Made by a program: the position numbers and the translations under genes. Shown in pieces: positions 33,764 to 46,838 of a stretch of 64,000 bases of DNA. The first letter of the stretch is position 1; each line of letters begins with the position of its first letter. Below the pieces are notes generated by a model. That model saw only the letters and a list, made by a program, of their open reading frames with translations. It was not told the DNA's origin and searched no databases. Location of the stretch: positions 48,422,001 to 48,486,000 of the forward strand of contig OX638161.1 of the NCBI GenBank assembly GCA_951804945.1, given 5' to 3'. Origin of the DNA: Podarcis cretensis (Eukaryota).

Positions 33764-36700
33764 GTCATGCTGTGAGAAATTGCATGGTTCAGAAAGAGGG
33801 AATAATAGTAATGACAATTAATAAATCCCAGAAAATGGATCATATCCTGATAACCAGGAAAAGAAAAATTCCAGCAGAAGCACTGTTCCCTTTAACTTCC
33901 AGCAGAACCACAAATTGCTTCAATAAATCTTTGTTGCATGAGCAAAAAAAATGTACAAAAAACCATTCATTCTCCCTAACTTTTCTCCAGAAACAACTAC
34001 AGGTGTGCACATGTAAATTAGTTCTAGTTTTATTGATGCTAGTATATTTGGTTTTAACTTTTTTTTTTTTTTGCTGTTGCTCTTTTTTGACCTGTAAATC
34101 ACTTCGAAACACTTCACTGTAAAAACTGATGAATAAATGTCATTGACAATGATATTTGATAATAATTTTCTTTTAGCTTACGTATGGCTCATTTCCCCAC
34201 AAGGATATGCTTATCAGTCAGCTTCCCTCCCTTTATTGCATGGTTCCAAATGAAAGACTTCAATATATGGGGATTGTCCAGTTACTTCAGTATTTTGGAT
34301 GGACATGGGTAGGACTTATTCCTGTGGATAACAACAGTGGGGAACTTTTCTTACAGACCCTGGAGCCTTTGCTTTCCCAGCACGAAATCTGTTCAGCCTT
34401 CACACAAAGAATCCCACAAATTTCTCATTTTGATAACTTGGATAAAATAACTGATATAGTCGCAAATCTTCATCTACGTTTCGCAGATAATAACGTGACT
34501 GCACTTCTTGTTTATGGAGAATCATTAACGATTTCATGGCTCAGAACTATTATTCTTTTTCATGTATTTAGAAAAACAGAAAATGCATCATTTAGCAAGG
34601 TGTGGATTACGACAACCCAGATTGATTTCATATTAACAGGCTTTCAAAGGGGGTGGGGACTCCAGCAGTTTCATGGTGCCATTTCCTTTGCAATTCACTC
34701 AAAAGAGCTTTTGGGATTCCAAGAATTTCTTCAGCACATAAGACCCTATGGGATGCAAAAAGATGCTTTTCTCAATGACTTTTGGGAGCAAGCATTTAAC
34801 TGTGAACTTCAAGATCCCAGTGAGGCAATGGAGGTTGATAGGGCATGTACTGGGGAGGAAAAGATGGAGAATCTTCCTGCACCCTATTATGAAGTGCCCA
34901 TGACTGGCCAAAGCTATAGTATCTACAATGGGGTTTATGCTGTGGCTCATGCATTGCATGCAATGGTCTCTTCTCAATCCTGCCAAAGAGGGTTCATTTC
35001 AAGGGTTAACCAACTGGTTCTTCAAGATTTGCAGCCTTGGCAGGTAATGTCTCCACATTAGATTTTTTTTATTATCAGTGAGCAGATCAGTATGAATTGA
35101 GAAAAATCCACTCCATTTCTACTCCATTAAAAATTGATGAGATGGGATTGTATATATTATGCATGGAACTGATTTACTGGCTTACATTCCCCCCCCCCCC
35201 CAGTAACTGTAGCCTGAAAATACAATGCATTATATATCCCCCTATTACCTAACTCTTGGTCATTCAGAGTGGGGCTGGTTACAAAGGTAGGCAACAATCT
35301 GGAGGACAACAAATTTGCTATGCCTGCCTTAAACCATAATAGTCGGTAAAAAATGAATTCTCTCATTTGTTTCAAACCGCCCTCCCCCATTTGTTTCCCT
35401 CCTTTCAAGTGCCTTCATTTCTTTCTCCCTTTCAATTAGCTCCATCCTTTTCTTCAAGCCAATTCCTTTAACAATTCAGCTGGAGAAACTGTGTCCTTTA
35501 ATGATAAGCGGGAAACAGAGGGTGGATTCGACATCATGAATATTATAACATTTCCAAATGAGACCTACCAGAAAGTGAAAGTTGGTAGGATGGATCCCAA
35601 TGCACCTGAAGGAAGAGAATTAATAATTAATGAATATATAATTGTGTGGTATGAAGATTTAAACAAGGTATGGATTCTGCTATGGCCAGATTAAGGACAA
35701 ACTATCTCAATTGGCACCACAACATTCTAAAGTGAGGGTTGCCACATTACTTGTTTAGCAGGGATTTTTGTGTATTCTAGGTATTGTAGCTGGTGCCCAT
35801 CTGCACCATTGTCACCCCTGATGCTAAGATTTCTCTAGCCCTTGTGCCACCCAGGAGACAGTGCAAAAGGTCTTAAAACATTGGCAGTCCATATCGCTTC
35901 TCCACAGAAAACTGAAATGAATCTATCCATGTATCCATCAATGTACTGTACTTTTCCAATTGTAATTCCTTTCATGTCTATGGATAGACTCTCCCCCTTT
36001 CCATGTGCAATGACCACTGCCAGCCTGGTAGTCAGAAGAAAAGGAAGGAAGCACAAAAGTTTTGCTGCTACGATTGCATTCCTTGTGCAGAAGGGAAGAT
36101 TTCGAACAAGAAGGGTAATACACTTTCTCTCTTTTTTCAACAGTGCAAATATTTATTCCTTTGATTTGAATATTATCATCTGGGTAGTAAGTTATTAAGG
36201 GCAGACATGGAGGCAATAGGCAATAGGCAATAGGCAATAGGCAACTCTTGAGGCAATAGGTAAAATGAATGAATGAGTCTCATTCATGCATTGCTATAAG
36301 AATCAATGATTAGGAGAGTAAATGGATATCAAATATTGTATACAAATCCATTCTTTCATTTCTACTTTCCAGTAAACACAAGCACATGCAGCAGACTATT
36401 GCCTTGCTATCCCACTTAAAGTAACAGAAACACTTATATGAGGCACATATTATAATATTGCCTCCAAAGTAGATATCCAATAAGCCTAATATGTGTCCAG
36501 TCTAATGCCCAGTGTCAGGATTGCAGGAAGACTTCAAATGTTACTGTAGTAGCTAATTTAATAAGACAAAAGTATATATATATAAAAAACCAAGATATTT
36601 GCATCTGGATCTCTATTTGAAATGAATGGGAAAGTTAGCCATATGAGGGATAAACTTCTGATGGTCAATTCCCTTCATGGTTACAGATAACCTGTACATT

Positions 36701-38505
36701 CCATGTGAAAGCATGAATGTTATAAGCAAATCATTTAATACATAATCATGCTATCTTGCATCCCTGCTTGCAGTGGAATAAAAATATTCCTTCATGACTA
36801 TAGAGCATGAGAAGGTGAAATCTACTGAAAAAAATACAGCAGAACTAAAACAGGTGATAAAAATATAGATTGTGATGATGGTAATCTTAACTAAATGGTT
36901 TTTTTTAAGAAATAACAATTATTTCATAATTAATTGCAAAAATATGTATGTACCACCCTCTTGCATTCCCGCAGCGTGGTGTACAGCAACATTAAAACAT
37001 TTAAAAACAATACAAAACAATTATTAAATGTAAAGGTAAAGTAACCCTGACAATTAGGTCCAGTCGTGGATGACTCTGGGGTTGTGGCGCTCATCTCTCT
37101 CTGTAGGTGGGAGGGCCAGCATTTGTCCACAGACAGTTTCCAGGTCATGTGGCCAGCATGACTAAGGCACTTCTGGTGAACCACAGCAGCACATGAAAAT
37201 GCCATTTACCTTCCCGCCGGAGCGGTACCTATTTATCTGCCTGCAGGTGATTGCCTACTCATGGACATTCTAAACAACTGCATAGGCCCATTGGAATAAA
37301 GGGAATTCTAAGCTGTCCTGCTTAATGGGACCTCACTGAATGCCCAACATCTGGTTGAGGCCAGTCAAGCCTCTATAACATACTGGGGAAATGAAGAGTG
37401 GAAATATTACATATGCATATTACATTATTCCTGCATTGCAAGGGGGGGGGGGTTGGGCAAGATTTCACTCAGGGTCCCTTCCAACTCTACAATTTTGTGA
37501 TCCAATGAAACAATATAATCTCAAAATGGGAGGCGGAGAAGAGAACAGCGTGTAGTTTAACATGTGACTTGGCACTAAAAGGTGGTTTCTTTCTATTCTT
37601 CAGATGTGGCTGACTGCTTCCAGTGCCCAGAAGATGAATTTCCAAACAAGGACAGAACTGAATGCATCACTAAAGTTATAAGTTTTCTGTCTTTTGATGA
37701 ACCCTTAGGGATCACTTTGACCTCAGTTGCTCTCTTTTTTTGCCTGATCACAGCCACAGTGCTAGGAATTTTTATTAGGCACAAAGACACACCCATTGTC
37801 AAGGCCAATAACAGGGACCTCACTTACGCACTCCTGGTCTCCCTCCTGCTCTGCTTCCATTCTTCTTTACTGTTCCTCGGACAACCAGGGAAGGTCTCCT
37901 GCCTCCTCCGACAACCCACTTTTGGCACCATCTTCTCAGTGGCTATTTCATGTGTGCTGGCAAAAACCATCACCGTAGTTCTAGCTTTCATGGCCACCAA
38001 ACCTGGGTCCAGCATGAGGAAATGGGTGGGGAAAGGACTATCCAATTCTATTGTCCTTTGTTTTGCTCTTATTCAAGCATGTATTTGTATTGTGTGGTTA
38101 GCAACCTCTCCCCCATTCCCTGATTTTGACAATCACTCAGCAACTGAAGAAATCATTCTGCAATGTAATGAAGGGTCAGTTGCCATGTTTTACTGTGTCC
38201 TTGGTTACATGGGCCTCTTGGCCATTGCCAGCTTCACTGTGGCATTCCTAGCCCGCAAGTTACCGGATAGTTTTAATGAAGCAAAGTTCATTACATTCAG
38301 CATGTTGGCCTTCTGCAGTGTGTGGGTGTCCTTTGTTCCAACTTATATGAGCACAAAAGGAAAACACATGGTGGCTGTGGAGATCTTCTCTATCTTGGCC
38401 TCTAGCGCTGGGTTATTGGGTTGCATCTTCTCCCCTAAATGTTACATTATTGTGCTGAAGCCTGAATTGAACAACAGGGAGCAAATAGTAAGGAGAAAGA
38501 TGTAA
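30734..38505 (+). CDS. Vomeronasal type-2 receptor V2R-B (class C GPCR), intact 6-exon gene, 875 aa
   Basis: Exons 30734-30945, 32128-32419, 34177-35043, 35440-35667, 35988-36114 and 37604-38505. GT-AG, phases consistent, total 2628 nt, with Venus-flytrap, CRD and 7TM motifs. Confidence 0.93.
31430..31915 (-). mobile_element. L1-like LINE 3' fragment in V2R-B intron 1
   Basis: The minus strand encodes an FLLGI...[12 protein letters not shown]-like L1 ORF2 C-terminus followed by an A-rich 3' region. Confidence 0.55.
33720..33763. repeat. (TTA)n microsatellite, possibly the tail of a short retroposon fragment
   Basis: Seen directly. Confidence 0.85.
37030..37240 (-). mobile_element. Truncated Sauria SINE
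   Basis: aaggtaaag...ttaggtccagtc...gactctggggttg matches the 29080 copy. Confidence 0.8.
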
Positions 38506-38929
38506 AGAATCCATCTGGCTTTTCTATTGATACATTGCTGCCTCTGTAGTAAAAAGGTTTCATCAGCAAATGGGCTACTGCAACATAAATTACATAGGAG
38601 ACAAGTCCTAGGGACTGAGGTCCCTTCAATACCCCCATTAAATATTTGAGGGGGCAGGGCCCCCCAAAGGAAATGGGCATTGCCATTCTAATGTTGTGTG
38701 CATGTCAGTTCTTGTGATCAATTATGTGGGACGGTGCTAATCTCTCCCTGAATATTTTATTCAAGTTGGTACCCCCTTGTTAATTAGATCTTCAGCATTG
38801 TATCTGTTTCACAGTTTAAATATTTATCTATATCACATCCTTCCAGTGCCTATGAAGTTCTCAGCTTGGCTAAGAAGAATTAAAATGAAGCATAAAGTAC
38901 AATAACATAAAATAAAACTACCTGAATTT

Positions 38930-39760
38930 TTATTATTATTATTTGTGAAATTTGTATACTGCCCTTCATCCATAGATCGCAGAGTGATTCACAACATAAC
39001 AATGCAAGATAATAAACACACACAAAAAATATATAACAATAACAAACCAATAACCCACCATCCCACCCCCACCCCAAAACACATTAAAAGACATTAAAAG
39101 CGTATTGGATGTTAATCAGCCAAAGGCCTAGTTGAAGAGAAACATTTGTGCCCGGCACGTAAGGTGCATAATGAAAGTGTCAGCAAAATGTTCCTGGGGA
39201 GAGTATTCAGCAAGTGAAGAGCCGCTGCTGAAAAACGCCGTTCTTGTGTTGCCACTCTCTGGTCCTCATGTGGAGGAGGCATATGAAGAAGGGCCTCAGA
39301 TGATGAATACAAGGTCCAGGAAGGTTCGTATGTGGAGAGGTGATCCTTAAAGTATTGCAGTCATGAGCCAAATTCTGCACCAGTTGCAGCCCTACATATA
39401 ACATCTTGCACTAATCTAACCTAGTAGATACCAGAGCACAGACAACAGGTTAGGCTACCCCTGTCCAGATATGGGTACAGCTCAGCCACCCGTTGATGAT
39501 GGAAGGCACTCCATGCCACCTAGAACTAAAGCAACAGGAAAGGATCCAGAACTATCCTCAAGCTGTGTTCCTGCTCCTTCAGAGGGAATGTAACTCTGTC
39601 AAGAGCAGGCAACCTCCCATCCATCTAGTCTTGGGAAGTGCCCACTAGCACTACCTCCTTCTTATAAGGATTGAGCTTCAGGTTGTTGGTTCTCATCCAG
39701 TCCATTACCAAGGCAAGACAGAGGTCCAGCACATCCACTGCTACACCTGCAGATGTAAAC
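38930..39760 (-). mobile_element. Degenerate L2-like LINE 3' region
   Basis: The minus strand has LQLVQN... and FSAAAxxLxNxLP motifs and a (AAT)n-like tail. Confidence 0.5.
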
Positions 39761-39994
39761 GAGAAGTTGAGTTTGCCAAAGTCCATTCTGTGATTTCAGA
39801 GGTTGACATTCTTTAGAGTTATCAGTAAAGTATTTTATAAAACGATGCCATATTTCAACAAAATTGTCCATAATATTTGTATTATGGAATGCATGTAATC
39901 TCCCCGTTATTTTTTTCCGATAGACCATACATGCTGTTTCCAATCAGAGATACAGATATTTTCCTATGCTTTCCAATTCTGTGCCACTAATTGG

Positions 39995-40140
39995 TGTGCT
40001 GTACCGGGAAAAAATGGTATGCACCTCCTCTGAAAAGCCAAGCAATCATTTTTTCAGACACTTCCAAGAACAAGTTCTCCCTCCAGCTGAACTCCCTGAC
40101 AGCTGCCGACACTGCTGTGTATATCTGTGCCTGAGAACCA
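39995..40140 (+). pseudogene. IGHV: IGHV 3' relic (CDR2-FR3 only)
   Basis: [22 protein letters not shown] followed by RSS CACTGTG 40141-40147 and ACAAAAAGA 40172-40180. Confidence 0.85.
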
Positions 40141-40367
40141 CACTGTGAGACAACGTCAATTGGGGATATGTACAAAAAGAGGAAATTCAATCCGAACACA
40201 AATCTCTGGCTCTACTCTGTGCCACCTCCAACACAGAGGAATTTATACCCATCATGCAAAGAGAGAAAGCAGATATCTTTAATGTTCAGGCCTATTCAGC
40301 ATGAATGAATGAAACCTTATATGGCCTGCAATCAGTTTGGTACTTTAATACTGTCCTTCTCTACATC

Positions 40368-40626
40368 CACTGGTGGAGGAAAGTGGGGGCGGGAGAGCTC
40401 ACCAACCCTGGCACCATCGGGGAGGGGGGTATCATCACAACCGCCCCCTGGACACGCGCCACTCACACCCCCACCGCTCCAGGCGCCATGCCCCTGTGGG
40501 CAGCGTACCACTCCCCGGGACACATGCCATGCCCCCGCAGCAATACACCACACCCCCAGGACGCACGTCAGCCACACTCCCACCTGCCTTCTGCCCCCAG
40601 TGTCAGAGCATGCAGCTTCACCACTG
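40368..40626. mobile_element. Non-autonomous hAT-like element
   Basis: TIRs CACTGGTGGAG / CTTCACCACTG, 8-bp TSD TCTACATC / TATACATC; the empty site is visible in the paralogous flank at ~42835-42842. Confidence 0.75.
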
Positions 40627-40715
40627 TATACATCAGCAGATTAATGCAAAGCCAATACTTTTTTCACTTTCTCTCAAAACTCTCAAAACCTTTCACCTCA
40701 CATAGCCTTCCCACT

Positions 40716-41162
40716 ATGCCAGTATTCATTGCACTGGCTGCTTCCTCCTTTGGTGTGTTGGGATTTATAGTCTATTGCGCCACTAGAACTGTATCCCAGA
40801 TGATAACCAGCGGCTTCTGTTTCTATTTATATTATTTCTTCTCCCCCCATTCCAGTTCCAGATGTACTTTCCCAGATAGTTCTGACTCAGTCATCAGAAC
40901 CAGTCATGAAAAAACCTGGAGAATTCCATAAATGAACCTGTAGCACCTCTGGATTTGAGATTTACAGCAACACTATGTGGCAGGTCAGACAGGAACCTGG
41001 TGAAGGTCTGGAATTCATTATTCAGCATAATAATGTTCAGAGCAAATATGACACCACTATAGTCTGAGGGCGATTCACAGCCTCAAAAAGCAGCCCCAAC
41101 TTCTATCTGCAGATGAACAAAATGGAAGAAGGAAATACAGCCATGTATTACTGTGCAAGAGA
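40716..41162 (+). pseudogene. IGHV: IGHV pseudogene of a distinct family (QIVLTQSSEPVMKKPGE...GRFTASKS)
   Basis: Short putative leader 40716-40752, V exon 40862-41162 with two TGA stops and YYCAR; RSS heptamer CACAGTG 41163-41169. Confidence 0.85.
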
Positions 41163-42146
41163 CACAGTGAGAGAGATCCGAATAGACCTCAGGAAAAAAA
41201 CCTTATCACTAAATTAGATTTAGCAAAGACCTACCAGAGGGGGCAGAAGAGAACCACAAATGAGACAAGAAGATATAACAATGAAGGATATTATAGAAGA
41301 GCTATTAAGAACAGCTGCTATTCTTTGGCCCATTCCAACATGATGTGTAGCTCCAGGGTCATTCTGATCACTATGAATTCTCTGACAAACTCATTTTAAG
41401 GGAAATGAATACAAAATGCCAATTGTTCAAATGTGAAATCTTGTGCAGTTGATTATTATTATTATTATCATTGGAAAGAGCATAGAAGGTTCTTCTGACA
41501 GTGAGACATACTGGAAATATTATGATTTGTCTATCCTGAATTCCAGGAGCTCGGATGCACTTAGGTGATGGAATTTGAAGAAAGTATCAGGAAATTTCAG
41601 AAGGGATTTCATGTTCCTGTGAAAGTTCTGGCTGTGTTCAACTTTACTGGCTGAAACACAAGCTGGATAGAAGAGCCTTAGCGTAGAATAGAACTTGAAC
41701 TGCAATCCTAGAAAGTGATATTATAAAGCCTGTTTTATGTGAAACCCTGAAAGGTAAATGAATGGACTTTTCTTTTTGAAGTAAAAACAGTTCACATTAA
41801 AATGCAGCTTAGAAAATGGTTCAGAATGTAAGGCAGATATCCAGATCATGATTTCTTGAAAGTTATGTTCTTCATAATCTATAATACTGACTTTACAGTA
41901 AAAATGTGTGTTCACATATTGAAAACACGCTTGGAAGGTAAAGCAGGCCAACCCTGACCTGTGCCCAGTTTACCACAGTCTCTTTATATAACATAACTTA
42001 CTATTGGAAGAACACATGCAAATCACTCAAGAAGGCTGGAGGCAGTCTTGAGGAACCCTCTGTCCCCTCAATATAAACTCCTGACTTTTTTCCAGGCCCA
42101 AACCCTCCTTTTTCCTGCCTCACTAGGACAGTTCTTTGTTAACAAC

Positions 42147-42613
42147 ATGAGGTTTCTGCTGTTGTTTTCTTTGGTGGCCTTTCAAAAATGTAAGTGTATA
42201 TTCTATGGGAAGTTCAAAAATATAGGTTTATTTCATGCAGTGATTAGATGATGTTCAGTAGATGATGCTCAATTCATTATAGTTATCTCTTTCAAGGGGT
42301 CCTTTCTGATGTTCAGCTCGTATCTTCTGGTCCAGGAACAGTGAGGCCTGGAGAGAACCTTCGTCTGCTCTGTAAAGTTACTGGTGTCTCCATCACTGAT
42401 TCAAGTTCTGTTTGGAACTGGATCCGTCAGCCTTCTGGCAAAGTTCTGGAGTGGATTGCAAGAATATACTCCCATGATGGGGGGAAATGGTTTGCTGCTT
42501 CTCTTCAGAGTCGTGTGACCATTTCTTCAGACAACTCCAAGAATGAGTTTTCCCTCCAACTGAACTCCCTGACAGCTGCTGACACTGCTGTGTATTTCTG
42601 TGCCCGAGAACCA
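42147..42613 (+). CDS. IGHV: IGHV segment VH6 (clan II-like), coding intact
   Basis: Octamer 42016-42023, leader 42147-42189, open V exon 42297-42613. RSS CACAGTG 42614-42620, with nonamer ACAAAAAAG after 24 nt. Confidence 0.92.
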
Positions 42614-43673
42614 CACAGTGAGACAAGGCCGATTGGGCATTTGTACAAAAAAGAAGGAAATTCAGTCTGAACACAAGTTTCTGTCTCTACTCCATGCCAC
42701 CTCCAACACAGAGAAATTTATACCCATCTTGCAAAGAGAGAAAGCAGATGTCTTTAACATTCAGGCCTATTCAGGATGAATGAATGAAACCTTATCTTGG
42801 CTGCAATCAGTTTGGTATATTAATACTGTCCTCCTCTACATCTGCAGATTTATCCAAAGCTAATACTTTTTTCCCTTCCTACCTCAACTCTCAAAACTCT
42901 CAAAACCTTCACCTCACACAGCCTTCCAGCCTTCCAGGGATTTCATCTTCCTGTGAAAGTTCTGGCTGTGTTCAACTGTACCGGCTGAAACACAGGCAGG
43001 ATAGAAGAGCCTTATCCTTCAATTCATTCAGAGTAGACTGAAATCCTGGAAAGTGATATTATAAAGCCTGTATTATGTGAAACACTGAAACTTAATTGGT
43101 TGCACTTTTCTTTTTGAAGTAAACAGAGTTCACATTAAAATGTAGCTTAGAAAATGGTTCAGAATGTAAGGCAGCTATCCAAATCATGATTTCTTGAAAG
43201 TTATGCTCAGTGTTTTTTTTTCTGGGGGCAGGGGTGCAAGAAGACACATACCTCTAAACATTTTTTTGAAGCTTTGTACTTTTGTCCATTTATTGTATTT
43301 ATTTTTCCAGATTTGAACTATAAAATGGTGATTTTCATGAGTCAAAATGAGAGTTACCCTAAACTTTTTTTTGAAGAAAAAATCACTGGTTATGCTTCCC
43401 ATAATCTATAATACTGACTTAACAGTAAACATCTTAGCTTATATATTGAAAACACACTTTGAAGGCAAAGCAGGTCAACCCTGACTTCAGCCCAGTTTCC
43501 CACAGTCTCTTTATATATCATAGCTCACCATTGCAAGGACACATGCAAATCACTCAGGAAGGTTGGAGGTAGTCTTGAGGAACCTTCTGCCCCCTCAATA
43601 TAAATTCCTAACTTTCTTCCAGGTCCAGGTCCTCCTTTTTTCTGCCTCACTAAGACACTTCTTTGTTAAAACC

Positions 43674-44148
43674 ATAAAGTTCCTGCTGTTCTTGTTTTCT
43701 TTGGTGGCCTTTCAAAAATGTAAGTGTATATTCTATGGGAAGATCAAAAATATAGGTTTATTTTATGCAGTGATTAGAGGATGTTCATTAGATGATGCTC
43801 AATTCAATTCATTAGAGTTCTCTCTTTTCAAGGGGTCCTTTCTGATGTTCAGCTTGTATCTTCTGGGCCCAGAACAGTGAGACCTGGAGAGAACCTCAGT
43901 CTGCTCTGTAAAGTTACTGGTGTCTCCATCACTGATTCAAGCTATATTTGGAACTGGGTCCGTCAGCCTGCCGGCAAAGGTCTAGAGTGGGTTGCAAGAA
44001 TATACCCCCATGATGGGAGAAAATGGTTTCCTGCTTCTCTTCAGAGCCGTGTGACCATTTCTTCAGACAACTCCAAGAATGAGTTCTCTCTCCAGCTGAA
44101 CTCCCTGACAGCTGCTGACTCAGCCGTGTACTTCTGTGCCCGGGAATA
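43674..44148 (+). pseudogene. IGHV: IGHV VH7 with start codon lost (ATG to ATA); V exon open
   Basis: ACCATAAAG at 43671-43679 where paralogs have ACCATGAAG. V exon 43833-44148; RSS 44149-44187 with 23-nt spacer; octamer 43543-43550. Confidence 0.85.
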
Positions 44149-45281
44149 CACAGTGACACAGGGTAATTGGGACTCCGAACAAAAAGAAGAAACTGACTCT
44201 GAATGAAGAAAGTTGGTTCTATTCAATCACAATGCACAAATTACTTTGCAAACACAATGCAAAAGAATTCAATGATAAAAATGAAGTACCGAGTCATTTT
44301 TTAGGTAAAGGTTCTCATGTTCTTTTCTGTATGTATGCAGGTAATCATGATGGTGGACGCGATTCCCATGTCAGTCTATTCCAGTTGTATGTTTTTGTGA
44401 AACCAAGCAAATATCTTGGTTTTGCTTCCTCAGCAAAGAGGAAACTGCATGAGATGCTTCCATACTGGAACCAATATTTTCTGTGAAAATTCTTTACAGT
44501 GGCACTTGCAGACTAGGCAAGGGCCAGGACACACATATCCAGCCCCTCCCAGTTGTGATGGTTGTGTAGATGTATCTGCAGTTTCTTAATTGTGCAGGAG
44601 TTCTGATGGGAAAACTACCATTCTCAATACCATGCCTCTTCTTAGATTTGAAGAGGGATAGATGACTTTAGCACTTAGCAAGATATATGTATTAATGTAA
44701 CATGAATCTCAAAGCTCTTTTCCAGAACTCAGTTCATCCCTTGTTACCGCACAAACATCTCTTGGTAAAGCCAGGCCTCAGAAACTCCTGCTGTTACTGC
44801 TTCTCCTCAAAGGATGGCAGCAGAGTATAAAGAGAATACATTTGACCATTAGCCAGGAGGGAAATGAAACTGACATCTGAAAGTATTAGTTTGTGGTTTC
44901 AAATGTAAAGCTGACTAATTCTACAACCGTTTACCCCCAAACCAGTGTTGTGTAATCTCTCAGGAGTTTGACTCCCCAAGAGATTTCCCTATGATTTATT
45001 CTTGAAACCTGACACAGCCAGACTCCTCACTTTCCGGCCTAAGGAGTGAACAAAAAAATGCTCAGCTTGCCTTGACTTAGGTGTTCATGCTTGTTTATTA
45101 ATTACATAGCCAGACTGTGTTCAGTGGAGAAAACCTGGTGGGATCCAAGCAGATTCTGCACATGGAACCCAAGTAAAAGTCTTGTCATTCTATATGGTCA
45201 AGTTACCATAATGGAAGGAATGTGAATTGAGAGAGCCTGCAAATTAGCAGAAAGAACTCAGAAATTAAGAATTGAACAAGG

Positions 45282-45431
45282 AATATACCCCCATGATGGG
45301 AGAAAATGGTTTGCTACTTCTCTTCAGATCCGTGTAACCATTTCTACAGACAACTCCAAGAATGAGTTCTCCCTCCAGCTGAACTCCCTGAAAGCTGCTG
45401 ACAGTGCTGTGTATTTCTGTGCTCGGGATAG
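45282..45431 (+). pseudogene. IGHV: IGHV 3' relic (CDR2-FR3) with intact RSS
   Basis: [18 protein letters not shown]...YFCARDS; CACAGTG 45432-45438, 23 nt, ACAAAAAGA 45462-45470. Confidence 0.87.
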
Positions 45432-46378
45432 CACAGTGAGAGACGGCAACTGGGACTGTGAACAAAAAGAAGAAACTCAGCACACACAAACACAATATAT
45501 TTGTCAACCATAGGATAAGGTTAACTAGACTCCCTCCCCACTTATTCCTGATGCAGATCTTTATTCCTCATTTGTTCCCAGTGCAGATCTTTATCTCCTC
45601 CACCAGTTCTGGGCAAAACAGTTTAAGAGGGATGTTGATAAGATAGAATGTGTGCACAGGAAGGTGAACAAAATGATAACATTAATCTTGCCACTTTCTA
45701 AAATTTATTTATTTATTGGATGTGTTTGTTTGTTTTTGTAAATCTATCAAAGAATAAAATAAAAATGGGATTAAGGGGCCTTCTCATGACAGTAGAGGGT
45801 GGGTCTTCTGTGTGGTATCCCTGGCTGTTCTTCTGATAGTAAATGCATGGCATAGGAGAGAATAAAAAGGGGGTCAAGGAGGGTCAGTTGTGGGGGGTGG
45901 GGAGTGATGAATGTCCTTATTTTCATCTGAGGAATCTTGGAAGTTATGCAATCATATACTCTGGGCTTTCAGGAGCTTCACCCTCTCTCTCTATTTATGC
46001 AGTCCCAACAGGCAGGATAAAGAGGAGGGATTTGGAGCCACCCCTATTTCTGCTGAGTCACGTTTGTGGGACAGAACCTTTGCAGACATGCCTGAACAAA
46101 TGCCCAGAGCAGTGATGTACCAAAGAGCAAGTGCTGGGGAGGGGAAACAATATGTCTGTCCAGGCATTCTCAATGACAAATAAGGAAGACCTGGAAAAGC
46201 CTGCACCATTCTGCTTGTAAGAGCCCATTTATATTCCATCTGTCATTGGAGGAGGGGCTCATGTAAATATGGGGGCGGGCAGAATTCCTCTTCAAAAGGA
46301 AACTCACCACATTAAAGACCCTGACCTTTTCTCCATTTCAAAAGATCATCTTTCCTCAATAGGCTACCTATACAAATT

Positions 46379-46838
46379 ATGAAGTTCATTCTGTTCTTGT
46401 TTTCTTTTGCTGCTGTTCCAGGATGTAAGCATACCTTCTGCGGAGGATTAAGATATCTCTGTTTACTTAATGTATGAATTAGATGGTGTCTGATGCTCAT
46501 TGCAATCTTCTCTCTTTCCTAAGGGGCCTTTTCGGACATTCAGCTTGCACCTTCTGGACCAGGAACAGTGAGACCAGAAGAGAATCTGAGCTTAGTCTGT
46601 AAAGTGACAAGTTTCTCTATTTCTACTTCTGGTTACGCTTGGGACTGGATCCGTCAGCCTCCTGGGAAAGTTTTAGAATGGATTGCAGCAATAAATCACA
46701 ACTCAGGGGGGAAATGGTATGCCCCTTCTCTGCAAAGCCGAACAACCATTTCTTCAGATGCCTCCAAGAACGAGTTCTCTCTCCAGCTGAACTCCCTGAT
46801 GGCTGCCGACTCCGCTGTGTATTTCTGTGCCCGAAGCA
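46379..46838 (+). CDS. IGHV: IGHV segment VH8 (clan II-like), coding intact
   Basis: ATGTAAAT 46261-46268, leader 46379-46424, open V exon 46524-46838. RSS CACAGTG 46839-46845, with ACAAAAAGA after 24 nt. Confidence 0.92.

Noticed and set aside
40305-40931. 208-aa ORF
   Set aside because: Runs through a GC-rich MITE and a VH pseudogene leader/intron; chance open frame.
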